Made by a program: the position numbers and the translations under genes. A DNA stretch of 64,000 bases from Vicugna vicugna (taxonomy: Eukaryota), in assembly GCA_013265495.1 (NCBI GenBank), contig MU058065.1, positions 186,001-250,000 of the forward strand. The letters run 5' to 3'. Below are positions 52,366 through 64,000 of the stretch, piece by piece. Below the pieces are notes generated by a model. That model saw only the letters and a program-made list of their open reading frames with translations, was not told the DNA's origin and did no database searches. Positions within the stretch are counted from its first letter, which is position 1. Each line of letters starts with the position of its first letter.

Positions 52366-54519
52366 TAAAGGACGAGTATGAAGTCAAATACTTGTGTCTT
52401 AATAATGCTATAAATTACATATTGCACATAGCAAAGCTCCTTATCCGTGTGAACAATCAAAAAGGAGATGGACAAACATGGAAAACTGCTACCACTCAGG
52501 GCTCAAGGAGACAGACAACACACATGTTTTGATTTTGATTGATCATCACAACTTGCTAACTGTTAGTAATGAGTAAATCAGAGGACATGACAAGGACCCC
52601 GCCCTTAACTACATCCCCAAACTGCGACGGGCACACCATCAATTGTTGCCTCTCAGTACTTTATTACTTTCTCACTGAGGTTTCAGTCTTGTCTAGTTGT
52701 GCAAATACCATCCATAAAAAGCAGAGCTCATAGCGGGTGGTGGTTGGGAGGCAGGAAAGACACCCTTTAAAAAAATCTTTTGCCCAAGATAATTATAAAC
52801 ACTGCAGAATGTTGCAGGCCAATTAGCATCGTAATCTATGGGAGCAGAAGGCATAGTGATGATTTTCCCATAAGAGATGCATCTATTTTGGAATTCTCGG
52901 CAGTTTACTACTTTCTCTACCATGGGAGTCAACACAGTTTGGATTGACTGACTCATTGTCCCTGGAGTCTTTTCCTCTAAATTTTAAACCAAGAGGAAAA
53001 AAAAAAAAGAGGAGATAAGAAATGGTGGAAGAAATGCAAGGCCTGGAGGAGAAAGGAGGAGGAAAAAAGGGAAATGAGAGAGAAAGAAGACCAGAGGGAG
53101 AGGTGGGGGAAGGAGAGCAAAGGAGGGAGGGAGAGAAGCTGGCGTCTGTTACGGAGGGTGAGAGGTGAAAATGTAGTATCTTACTTCCTTCCAATGGAGT
53201 AAAATAAAAGTTGAAAATATTCTGATCATTTAAGCCTTATTGAAAACATTGGTTCAACATTTGAGGTTTTTTTTTTAATCTGTCAGCATCTTATTAACCT
53301 AACTGCAAGCGTTGATTATTTACCCTGTGTCTAAGTTTGCTGGGCGCTGGGGTGACCGGCTGGGCTCATCACTGGATCCGTGTCTGCTCCCTCCGTGCCG
53401 GTGGTCTGGTTGGGGATTTAAAACAAGTAGGAAGCTAGATAGCCTCTAATCTAGAAGCAAAATTGACATGAAGTTAGTTTGTTTTAGTTCCACAGGGTTC
53501 CAGAAGGAAAAAAGGACAGAGTGGCCCAGTTAAATGCCCTTGGGGAGTTCTTCAATCTGCCTTCTCTGGGAGGATCCTTGTGCACCTTAACATCTTACGT
53601 TTCCCTCTGGCAGTAAAGAAACTGTCTCAGCCCGGGTTTCCTCAAGGGCAGAGGCTGCCTAAGCTCTGTGCAGGGAGTTGGTTAGGGAGTGTGAATACAG
53701 GCAGGAAAGAAAAAAGGGGAGTGAGGATGGAAGGAAGGAGAGGAAGCTGACGCAAACCTGTGTTACTGAGCCTGAGACATCACCATGCAGGGCACCTGGT
53801 GCCGGAAAATGAAAACAAATCATGGGACAGTAGGGCGAGAAGTTGAGGAAGGAAGACTAGGATCTCAAGGGGCATCACTTCAGCCTGTGACAGGAGCCCT
53901 AGCAAAAGTGTCACAGGAATGTTCACCTAGAGGACAGACAAGGGAACGTTTCATCCACTGGCTCCTGAACCGCCTTGGTTAAGGGCGACCCCCAGGTAGA
54001 TGGACTCCCCATCCCTCTGGGTTGCACGTAAGTGATTGCCGGGCAGTTCCCAAGGGAGGTTCATGCTGAGGGTCAGAGACTCTCTGGGGTGGGAAGTGAG
54101 AGTCTCCTGGCAGTGGACCACGGTGAGGCATTGCTAACCAGCACCTGTGTCACCTGGTTAAAACCTGACGGAACTGGACCCTCCAGCCATGGCTGGAGGA
54201 AGTTGGGGAGGCCCCAAAAGATTCAGAAATGGCGCATAGATACTGGCCCACCCAGACACCTGCTGAAACTTTAAAAATTCTTATTATCTGCCAGCCCGTG
54301 GGGGTATTATTCGGCCGAATATTGGTAAACACAGGAACACTTTCTTCGAACGGTAGGTGGAGGATTTGATCCAGCTTCAGGTATGGCTCTATTCAGGGAC
54401 CCAAACAATGTTTCTTAAATCTCTCTTTGTCTCAGCTTCTGCCCCGCTTTGCTGTGTTTTGGTTTCATTTTCCAGCAGGCTCCTTCTCCATGTGGTGGGA
54501 AAGGTGAACCCTTGTAGCT

Positions 54520-54905
54520 TTCACTAGGTCACCTGTCCCACTCTTCCTTTTGCTCCCGGGCACACAGCTGGACTGTCTTCCCCAGGCTTGCTTGCAATTA
54601 GCTGAGACCTACGATGGGTTCTGGCTCATGGAAGAGGAGGGCAGAGCGGGCCATGCCTTCGTCCTCAGGAAACTTCACTCTCTCTTACTCTCATTGCCCA
54701 GTTGCCAGCAGTCTGCAGGGGACCCAGCGAGGACTGCACGGCCCTGGGGTGGAGGGAACCTGGGTTCCCGAAGTCACTGCCTAGAGGGCCACTTGCCAAG
54801 CGCCTGTGTTGGAGTGTCAGGTGAGTAAGAGGAACACTTCCGTTGTGTTGTAAGCCGTTGCATTTTGAAGTTGTCTGCGACTGCAGTGAGCCTGCCTACT
54901 GACAC
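54520..54905 (+). mobile_element. Old MLT1 LTR
   Basis: 'gggcacacagctggactgtcttccccagg...aacctgggttcccgaagtcactgc...tgttgtaagccgttgcattttg'. Confidence 0.6.
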
Positions 54906-55049
54906 CCTCTCATCATCCTGGTGTCCCCATCAATGCTGGAAAAGAATTCTCGTGATCTCAGCTCGGGTTATTTGACAACACGCTGGACTCATCAGAGTTT
55001 CCAGGAATGGGGGAGGGCGGGTGGAGCTGCTTGATCTACACCAGAAACA

Positions 55050-55565
55050 CGTGGAATGGAAGAGAGAGAGAACGGGAAGCAGCAGCCCGGGCAGTTGCTC
55101 CGGGACCACGCACTAGCGCCGGAGCCGAGCCCTGGAGTGGCCCCTGGCCACGCCGCTCCCCTCCGCTAGGCTTTGGCGGCTTCCTCTGTACAACGCGAGA
55201 GTTGGGTTCGACGGTTTCTAATGCTTTTTTCAATTTCGAGCTTTTGGTAATAAAATGATGAAAAACGAAGCTGGGCAGATTCCGCTCTTTCCCATGTGGA
55301 TGGAGTGACGCCACAGAGGGCCCTTCTGCTCCCCTAGGTTTACAAGTGTCGTGCGAATCTCCGGCTGCCGACACCGATCCCGCGAGCCTCCTTCCACTGT
55401 GCTGGTGACCGCGGCGAGGGCTGTGGGTGCTGTGGATCCAGAGGGTGCGGGTCACCTCTGTGCGGCGAAGAAGGAAAAGAAAGACAGGCAGCTCTTCCAC
55501 TGGTTCTGCACCGGCAGAGGCAGACAACCTGCGCATTCATCCGTCTCACGCGTGGGCAGAGGCGT
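55050..55565. promoter_or_regulatory. CpG-island-like segment
   Basis: About 39 CpGs in ~515 bp by hand count; GC-rich against a CpG-poor background. Confidence 0.6.
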
Positions 55566-56569
55566 TTGGGAAGAAGGAAGCAAGGATGTCCCAGAGGCAG
55601 AGCTGTTTCCCTTGTGGGTGATCTTTCTGCAGTCATGCCTCAGAGATCTGGATCTTCCTTCCTGAACAGCAGTATGATGCGGGAAATAATCATCCTGCCC
55701 CCTTGACAGGTCTTTAGTCAAGAAGGGGGTTGAGTGCAGAGTTAGAAATGGTAGCAGCGGGTCTGTTCAGTGGCTGGTAGCTACGTGCAGAGGCCACGTG
55801 GGAGGAACTGAGAACAGAGGGTTCTGGTGGGAAAATGCCGAAGCGCAGCGAGCATTTCCAGGAGGATGCAGAGTGCTTGGAAGGTTGCAAGGCAGCGAGA
55901 AGTGGCGTTCATAGGGATTTGTGGGGAAAAGAGCAAAGGCCAAAAATTAACAGTAATAACCACACGCTGAGTCACTTTGGAGGCATCCGTCAGTTCTCAG
56001 TCAGCTCCGTAAGAACATGTCAGACTGTAACAAAAGAGGGACGGGGAAAAGGGAATCAGGGCAGACAGATCTGAGATGCAGATCCAGCTGGTCCTGGCTA
56101 GGTGACCTGCACCCTGCTTCCGAGGGGAGAGATCTGTGCAATAATAGAGCTGGTTATATTTTCAAAGTGAATTGTTTTCATTAAGCCTGTTAGTTTTTCT
56201 CACGTGAGTCCCTTTTGGGGGCACATCCTTCTTAAGGACTCTAATTGGATATCTTTTTCTAAATGAGGGGTCCTACTTTGAATCTAAGCTTTGCACGTTA
56301 GAAAGACTAATAGTGTAGCGCTCAGACCTCTTGTCCTGAGGGACTAAGTCGTGTTCAGGGAGAGGGGTGTCCTGGAGAGGAGATCTTGCCTCACGTGCTG
56401 AAGTCAACAGCACACGGCTCAGTGTTCTGGGGGCAGGGTCAGTCTATGGAAACAGTTGCCATGGTGACAGATTTTATACAGGGACATCTGAGTTGGTGCG
56501 GGATGTGAAACCCAAAACGCGGGGAGACCTGCATTCACCAAAAATGTCTGACATTCCTTCCTTCCTTGA

Positions 56570-56950
56570 GCCAACAAGCATTTGCTGAGCATTTACTCTG
56601 TGCCTGTCGGGTCACTTGTCCCTGGGGTATAGCGGTAAGTAGCCACTCAAGCTGAGTATCAGCCAGAAGACCACAGAGGAACGAGGAAAACTGAACACTG
56701 TCAGCCGGTGCTGAGGAAATAGACAGATCATTGAAATGGAGAGGGATTAGGGGCTGGTGGGGGGAGGATTTTGAGGTTAAACCTGACCGCGGGCAAGGGA
56801 CCAGCCATGCAAGGAGCAGAGTGTTTCTGACAGCGGGAAGAACACTTGCAAACGCCCCGAGGAAGCGAGGAGCTGGCGGGTTCTGTGACCTGAAAGGAGG
56901 CCAGGGTGACTACAGCACAATGAACAGGGTCAGAGAGACAGGAAGTGGAC
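56570..56950 (-). mobile_element. L2 fragment
   Basis: 'caacaagcatttgctgagcatttactctgtgcc' and 'agcagagtgtttctgacagcgggaagaacacttgcaaa'. Confidence 0.6.
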
Positions 56951-56963
56951 TGGTCATTTCGAG

Positions 56964-57165
56964 CTGAGTTTCTCAACCGCAGTGCTATTATTATCATTCA
57001 GGACCGGAAAACTCTCCGTTGTTGGAGGCTGTCCCGTGCATTCTGAGATGTTTTGCAGCATCCCTGGCCTCTGCTCACTGGATGCCGGTAGTACCCCCCA
57101 GCGACGGCAGCCAAAAATGCCTCCAGACGTTCCCGTCTGTGTCCCGGGGGGCTGAGAGCCAAAAT
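56964..57165. mobile_element. MER20 (hAT-Charlie) DNA transposon
   Basis: 'tttctcaacc...ggctgtcccgtgcatt..gatgttttgcagcatccctggcctct.ctcactggatgcc...ccaaaaatgcctccagac'. Confidence 0.85.
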
Positions 57166-57222
57166 GGAGGTGGGACACCAAGGAGGGCCACCAGGATGTG
57201 AAACGGGAGGGGAGCAAGGCTC

Positions 57223-57542
57223 TGTGATTTTATGTGTCTCCTGGCTGGGCCACGGGACCCAGATATTTGGTCAAATGTTATTCTAGATGTGTCTGTGAAG
57301 GTGTTTTTTAGATGAGATTAATATTTCAATCAGTAACCTTTGAGTAAAGCACGTGACCGTTACCTCCAAAATGTGGGTAAGCCTCATCCAATCGGCTGAA
57401 GATCCTAAGAAAGACTGACTTTGCCCTGAAAGAGGGCATCTTTGCGGCAGACTGCCTTTGGACTTGCACTGCAATGTCAACTCTTCCCCGGGTCTGCGCA
57501 CCGATGGCCTTGCCCTGCAGATTTTGGACTCACCAGCCTACA
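57223..57542 (+). mobile_element. MLT2 LTR (partial)
   Basis: 'tgtgattttatgtgtc..ggctgggccacggga.ccagatatttggtcaaa..ttattctagatgtgtctgtgaaggtgttt'. Confidence 0.85.
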
Positions 57543-60459
57543 CGACCTCATTCGTATGCCCAGGGACTCCAGCATCTGACCACCGCCTGGGTAGGGACAT
57601 GGTGGGGTTGGGGATGGAAGCAACAGTGCAGGTGACTGGAGCCCAACCAACAACTTTGAGAATAACACAGAGAACAAATGCTTTATTTAGGAAGGCAGAA
57701 TTTGGTAGTGGGGCCGGAGCAGGGCAAGTGACATGGTTACAGAGGCCTCACTGAGAGCTGGTAAAAGATGATGACACTGAGGTGGGGCACAATAACTTGC
57801 CCATGGTGCGCAGGAGGTCACCCGTGCGGGCTCTCCTACTAATGGGCAGGTAGGATTTGGCGGAGGTTGGGGTGAGGGTTGGAGATAAGGTCAGAGGAGA
57901 TGACAGTCAAGGAACTACCACCAATGCTGTCTTGTGACAATGTTTTAACTCCCAGGCGGATGAAGGGGAACTGGGGATGTAGATATATGAGAAATACCTC
58001 CATTTAGGTGCAGCTTATTACCTGGTGGTCTCAAGATGGTGCACAGGTAAGAATGGACTGTTTGCAATCTGCTTCAGAGGTAACAAAACCAGTGCCTGGA
58101 AACCAGGGACAATTATACCACCATCTCCCACCTCTTGGAACACTTACAGAGGTGCTTATGTGGCCAATGAACATTCCTGACGCTTCCCAGACAAAAACAA
58201 AAACCCCATTATCTCCCTGAATGTCTGGAAGTTGGATTCTTTCCCAAGAGAAGCCAGAGGAAAGAGGAAGAGTGGCTTCTCCCCTATTTCTTGCTAGGAA
58301 AACACACAGGTTTGCTAATGGGAAGGGGAGATTCAAGAGGTGTTTCTTTTTATAGATGTTGGTTTTGGAGTGAGCTTCAGCCGTCATCACAGGTATCCAT
58401 CCAGGCTCCGCAGTAAACTTGCTGTGACCTGGCCGTAAGGGGAAGCTCTGGCGGCCTCCACTCCTGGGCTATGTTGCTGACTTAACCTGAAATCCTTCTT
58501 TGGATTGAGTCAGCAACATATCCCATGACCTTTGGGTGATAGGTTCTTTTATATACAACCATAGAGCAAAAGGCCCTTTCTACATAGTGTTGAATTTCCC
58601 AGAGGCTACGACCAAGGATTAGACTGAGGTAAAAAGTTCAAGAGATGCTGCTAAAAAGTGTGGAGTAAGGCATAACTTGGCTTAGTCATGCCCTTCAAGT
58701 GTTTGTGGAGAGCAAATAAGCCTGGGAAATTGAGAATAAAAATGTGTTGCTTTTCACACATTGGAATAACTGAATGAAGATAAATCCCTTAAAACATTTT
58801 AACTTCAATTAACTTCATATTATAAGACACACACATGCACGAACATACGCGTGCACACACACGTATGCACACACACAGAATCACACATTTATTTTTTGGC
58901 TTGTGTTGCCTTTGGTATGGAAGTCGTTCTCCAAACCGATGTTATATGTGCACATAAAAGTTTTTCTTAAAAACTATCCAATTTATAATTTAAATATAAA
59001 AATCTCAAAAAAAGGCTGTGTCAATATATTGCTAACCAAATAGACCCAATCATTACTGTTCTGGCCTTTGCTTTGGCCTTTGGTTACACATGCCAGGGCA
59101 CTGGGTCCCCACTGTGGTTTTCCCACTGACACTGCTCAGGACTCACCTTCTTGTAGGTAATGGCAGCTCCCTTGGGTGCGGCATGGCCCCCACTGCTCTG
59201 CCTCCTCGGATGTTGCTCTGGGACCCAACGTCGCCGTTGATAAGCGCTGGTCTAGGCTATAAGATGGTCAGTGGGATAAGATCACGTTCAAAGACGCCAA
59301 ATAATCTTGTGACCTCCAGCTCTAAATGGTTGACGTCGGCATCATCTCGGTCTGTTCCTTTCAGTATTTTATTTAAAGAGAAGGCATAGTTTGTCCAAAT
59401 ATGAACAAAAATTGGTATTAATGAGGGAGGAATTGTCATGGGACAAGAACTTTGGTCTTTGTACTCAAGAAATCTGGTTGTGGTCAAATGAGGCAGGTGA
59501 GATTCCTGGCTCTGTGACTGGGCAGGTTACTCAGTGTATGATGTTTTATTTCCTTATTTATAAAGTAAGGGCATCGACCTTAACTAACACACATCAATTT
59601 AATTCACACTTCATCGACTTTAACTCACACACGAGGTTGCTGGGGCAATCACAAGCAACAAGATATGTGAAAGTAGTGGTAAGTTTAAGAGCACTGGGCT
59701 TCATAAGATTGCATTACGTCACAAATAATTATTGTTTACTAATCTGCTAGCACGCTCTGTGCTAAGCTCCAAGTTTAACATCCAATATGGAACAAACAGG
59801 GAAGACAAGCCTCGGATTGCATGAGGAGAGGTCCACGGAATGAGAAAGAACTAACCCTCTCTGGCCCTTCTCTAAGAAGTAATGTGTGACTTATTGGTCA
59901 TTAAAGCTGCTTTTTTTCTAAATAAAAAAAGAATAAAAGGTAGATGTCAAATTAGGGTAGGAATCAATTCTTTGTTCAACTATACTGCTGATGCAGCTAA
60001 GGTCAAAAAGGTATCAATTTCATTCCTAGATAGTGACTCACTGACTCAAGTTGCCTGTAGCTTTAAGATCTATTTTTGACAACTGTAATTGATAAATGAG
60101 GTTAAAAAATTTTGTTTTTAATGAAAAATAGAAAAAAGCAAATAAAGGGGGGCAAATGAAAAAAAAATTCGCAGCCAAATATTTTGCATCATTATTGCAC
60201 ACATCTACCATCACCTATAGAAGAAAATAAAGGTGGTAACCCTTGTTAAAAAAATAAAAAGCAATGAGATTTCAGACTCTGATTAATTAGCTTCATAAAG
60301 ATGTAAGTAGCAGTGACTGAATTTTTGTACATTGAGTTCAGTTTTGGTTTTGACTCAATGTGGTAAGTTTGGTGCCTTTATTTATTAAAATAAAATTTTT
60401 TTAATTATAAAAATAATCTATACTCATTTGAACTAAAGACTACAGAATTCCAAAAAGGT

Positions 60460-60655
60460 GGCTATGGTTGAGTCCCTTGGCTTGAACTGGATTTGAACCC
60501 CTGCTCTTCTCCCACTAGTTATGTCTGTGATCCTTCAGGCTTTCATTCTCATCAGTAAAGTGAGGTTAATAAATTTTTATGCAAAATCTTGTGAGGATTA
60601 AGAGAAAAATGATTTAAAATGCCAAGCATAATATTTGGTGAGTATTAAATAAATG
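60460..60655 (+). mobile_element. MIR SINE
   Basis: 'ggatttgaacccctgctct..ccactagttatg...tctcatcagtaaagtgag...tgtgaggattaag'. Confidence 0.65.
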
Positions 60656-61409
60656 CTGTGGGTTCTTTCTCCTTCCCATATTTTGAAAGTTCATTTGAGT
60701 GGAATTAACTTTATAGGTAACACACTGATCTGAAAAAAGCTTGATACGCTATGAAGATGTATTTGCCTCATTTGGGGTTTCATTAGTGTCTGTCAAATGT
60801 CTCCAAATCTTGAGTGCCCCGTGGAAGGCCCTGCCTTACCACTTTGCTAACTAATTGTCTATCTCAAGGACTTTTCACATAGTTGACCATTAACTCTCAG
60901 GAAATGCCTAACCCTCAAATTATCCTGGCTGCTTCCAGTTTTGGAGTAAAAGGTACATTTACAAAATTGTCTTTTTGTTTGTTGAATAACTTGAACCTCC
61001 AACCACAGTCATTCCCCCGTGGCCGCAAACATAATAAAGTGTCCTTTCTGTGTCTTTAAAGACTGGAGCAATCAAAAAGAAGTGAATAGTGAAGTTTCAC
61101 TTTCATCATTCTGCAGGAATGGTTTTATTGTAAATTGAGGAAAGATACTTTGCCGGTTGGCAAAGCAGCAGGAGAGGTTTTCTCTTTTGTAAAAGGATGT
61201 CTCAAATGTTGTGACTCAGAGCATATCGGATGAAACAACTACATGAATGAAAATGGATTCTGTTTGCTTCTCAGTTGAAGTAGGAGGTCCTGAAAAACAG
61301 TGGATATACTGAAGGATTTCTCGAAAGTCTTCCCTGAGGTAGGATGTTCCTGGCATCACACGACATGATCATCTTTCGTTTTGCAAAGGAGGATGGCGTA
61401 GAGTTACAG

Positions 61410-61590
61410 ACAGAGCCTGCACTGGACTCCAGACCTATCTTGTGATCTAGGCAAGTTGGTCAACCTGTCTGTGCCTCAGTTTCCTCACCTCTGATGTGGG
61501 GGAAGACACTTCCTGCCTCACAGGAAGTTCCTGAGGCTAGCATGGGAGAAGAGTCACATTTCCTGTACATGGTAGTCATGTAGTAAATCC
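61410..61590 (+). mobile_element. MIR SINE
   Basis: 'tgtgatctaggcaagtt..caacctgtctgtgcctcagtttcctcacct'. Confidence 0.75.
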
Positions 61591-61974
61591 TTCTTCTTTC
61601 ACTCTTTGCCTCCCTTCAATAAAAAACGTTAGGCTAGGTGGTTTTAAAACTAAACTTCTCTCATCTGTATGGGGGGTTACAAAGTGTTTCCAAGGTACGT
61701 TTTCTCCTTTGATTTTTCAAAACAGCCCTGTGAAATAGGAAGGCTTGACTTAGTATTAACGGTATTTTACAAACAAAGAAACGGTGCTCAAGGAGCTAAT
61801 GAGAATTCTGCCCGTCACTTGGCTGGTGAAGGAAGATGCAGGGAAATGGTCCAGGCTGTTTGGCACCTGAGTCTGTGCTTTCCCCACTCTACTTTGTAGC
61901 ACCCTCCCCATCTCTCCATGGAAAATGCAAATGGCAAGCTTGAATGTACTCTTCTTGTTTTCCAATGATAGCTA

Positions 61975-62465
61975 TAAGTCAGGGTTCAACCAGAGAAGCA
62001 GGACTGGTATGAGATTTATCACAATGAATTGGCTTATGCAATTATGGGGACAGGCTCAGCAAGACTGGAGTCTGTGGGGCACAAGATCATGGGCATTCCA
62101 GAACCCAGAAAGCATGGAGTGAAACTTGAAGTCTCTGAATTCAGAGGGGTGGCGAGTGGTCCAGACCCTCCTTTAAAGGGCTTCCAACTGTCTAAGCCAG
62201 GTCTTCTGGGGCAGTCTCCTTACTGTTTATCTTAGAGTCAGCTGATTAGGGACCTTAATTTCATCTGCAATATCCTTTCACAGCAGCACTTAGGAAGTAA
62301 GACTAGTGTTTGACTGAATCACTGGGAGAAGGTGTGTGTGTGTGCTGCCAAATGGCTTCCAACTCCCTCCCTTCTCTGACTCCCTGGAGAGGATCGCCTT
62401 TGTAGTCCACTGTAACCAGAACACACCAGAAAGGGAATTCTCGGGACTGTAGTTCAGCCGAGTGA
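61975..62465 (-). mobile_element. ERVL-type LTR (MLT2-related)
   Basis: 'agtcagggttcaaccagagaagcag...gagatttatcac..gaattggcttatgcaatt...tcagctgattagggaccttaatt'. Confidence 0.65.
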
Positions 62466-63060
62466 AGCTGAAAAAAAAAAAATCACAAAGCCACCCCAAC
62501 GAGAAACCGAAGCCCACCACTGAAATGTATTTCTCTAGTCGTGTGTTCCTCTGGCATCTGAGCACACCTTCTGGTCACTGTGAGAGAAGCTTGAGCAAAC
62601 TAAGAAAGTGACTGGTCACCGTGAATTTCTACCTGAGTGTCTGCTCTCAGGCTCCAAAGACAGAGCTTCTATGCACACCAGCTCTTGTGAATTGGGTTTC
62701 TGGAAGATTCCCAGAGATAGTGCCCACATGGGGAGTGTTTGCTGATAGATGTTCTGGGTACATCATTTGTGGTTGAATGTGAGGGGCTTCACCATCTCGG
62801 GCAGAAACAAAGCAAAGCAAAAGCAGCCAAATCAAATAAAAAGTGACAACACTGAAGCAAGATCAATGGTCATGACACTGTGACACAGGGGACACTAGGG
62901 CTTTATCAGTTTAAGGTTCCTATTCTTCCCTTGATGACTAGGATTATTTGGTGATGCTGAAAAAAAAATCAAGGGATGACATGCCTGGGGATGGGCCATT
63001 TGCCTTCACCACGCATCAGGTATTTGTCTTTGCGCCTGGCACAGTATTCCACTAAGTAGA

Positions 63061-63545
63061 GCATTAGTCAGGATTTTCCTTGGAAACAGAAAAAAACATA
63101 TATACATTTCATACAATCATATCACATAATGTATGATTTACTATAAGGAATTGGCTCCTATGGTTATGGAGACTGGCAAGTCCCAAGATCTGTAGACAGC
63201 AACCTGGAGACCCAGGAAGGCCATGATCTAATTCCAAAGGCCAGCAGGCTTGAGACCCAGGAAGAGCTAATGTTTTAGTTTGAATCCCAAGTTAGGAAAA
63301 AAAAAAAGAAAAGCAAACATGTTCCAGCTCAAAGGAGGAATTTAGGGGACGATCAGCATTTTGCTCTACTCAAGCTTTCAACTGAGTGGATACGGCCCAC
63401 CCACATGAAGGAGGGCAATCTGCTTTACTGAATCCGTAATTTAAATGTGAAACTTATGCAAAACCACTCTCACAGAATAATGTCTGACCACACATCTGTG
63501 TACCCCGTGGCCTAGTCAATTTGACATATAGAATTAACCATCACA
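63061..63545 (-). mobile_element. MLT2 solo LTR
   Basis: 'attagtcagga...ataaggaattggctc..atggttatggagactggcaagtcccaagatctg...ttgacatatagaattaaccatcaca'. Confidence 0.9.
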
Positions 63546-64000
63546 GTAGTTTCAGTTTATACCAAGCATGAAAGGAAATCCCAGTTCCCTGAAATGCCTC
63601 TAATTTTCATTTCTCACGATCCCTTGGTTTTTCCTTTGGCTTTCTCAGTGCAGGACGTTCCAACTGTGCTTTCCTTCAGACTTCCACTTCCATTCCTTTT
63701 TGCCCAGAAACACAAAGTTGAGCTTTGCTGTGAACGTAATTACTTGAGGCAGCTGCCTCTGTCTGCTACTCATACTAAAGGGACTATCCCCCACCTCAGG
63801 AGTGCTAAGTGGTGGGAGGGGCTGCCACGAAGGAGCATCAGGCACCCTTGTTGCTGACCTCTGGTGGCTGCCGCACAGGGATGCTGTACTCAGCCCACGC
63901 TGACACTCACCCCTGCCCTGTTGGGTTTAGTGTATGACATTAAGTAGCATGTGTGGGAGAGGTTTTTGGCAGATTGCAAAAAGTGGCCACACTTTTTCAT

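Noticed and set aside
52990..53140. GA-rich purine tract
   Set aside because: Low-complexity sequence without a clear mirror repeat or coding signal.
55036..55665. Several ORFs over the CpG-rich patch
   Set aside because: Stop-codon depletion from high GC explains them; no domain recognised.
1..64000. A novel multi-gene system (defence island, CRISPR, operon or intact provirus)
   Set aside because: This is mammalian repeat-rich non-coding DNA. I recognised no intact genes and no gag/pol/env sequence, only solo LTRs.

Overview
Mammalian genomic DNA, most likely camelid (alpaca/camel), judged from a tRNA-derived SINE at 12.6 kb and the style of the L1 3' ends. It reads as intronic or intergenic. 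I recognise no host protein-coding exon, RNA gene or prokaryote-type system. Much of the window is interspersed repeat: old L1M, L2, MIR, MLT1/MLT2 LTRs, ERV1-type solo LTRs, and MER3, MER20 and Tigger DNA elements. A younger 5'-truncated L1 (40957-44708, minus strand, 16-bp TSD) contains an assembly gap and accounts for the only recognisable protein in the ORF track (L1 ORF2 reverse transcriptase). The most distinctive object is a ~1.08-kb internally deleted Mutator-like (MULE; Phantom/Ricksha-type) DNA transposon at 45468-46545. It has long repeat-structured TIRs and decayed FLYWCH and 'PRTNN..E' transposase remnants, and sits in a stack of four nested elements. Also worth checking are a ~77-nt hairpin at 25.5 kb, an orphan CpG island at 55 kb and a possible minus-strand exon at 59.2 kb. 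I found no convincing evidence of a new biological system. Repeat family names come from recalled consensus similarity, not a database search, and boundaries of old repeats are approximate.
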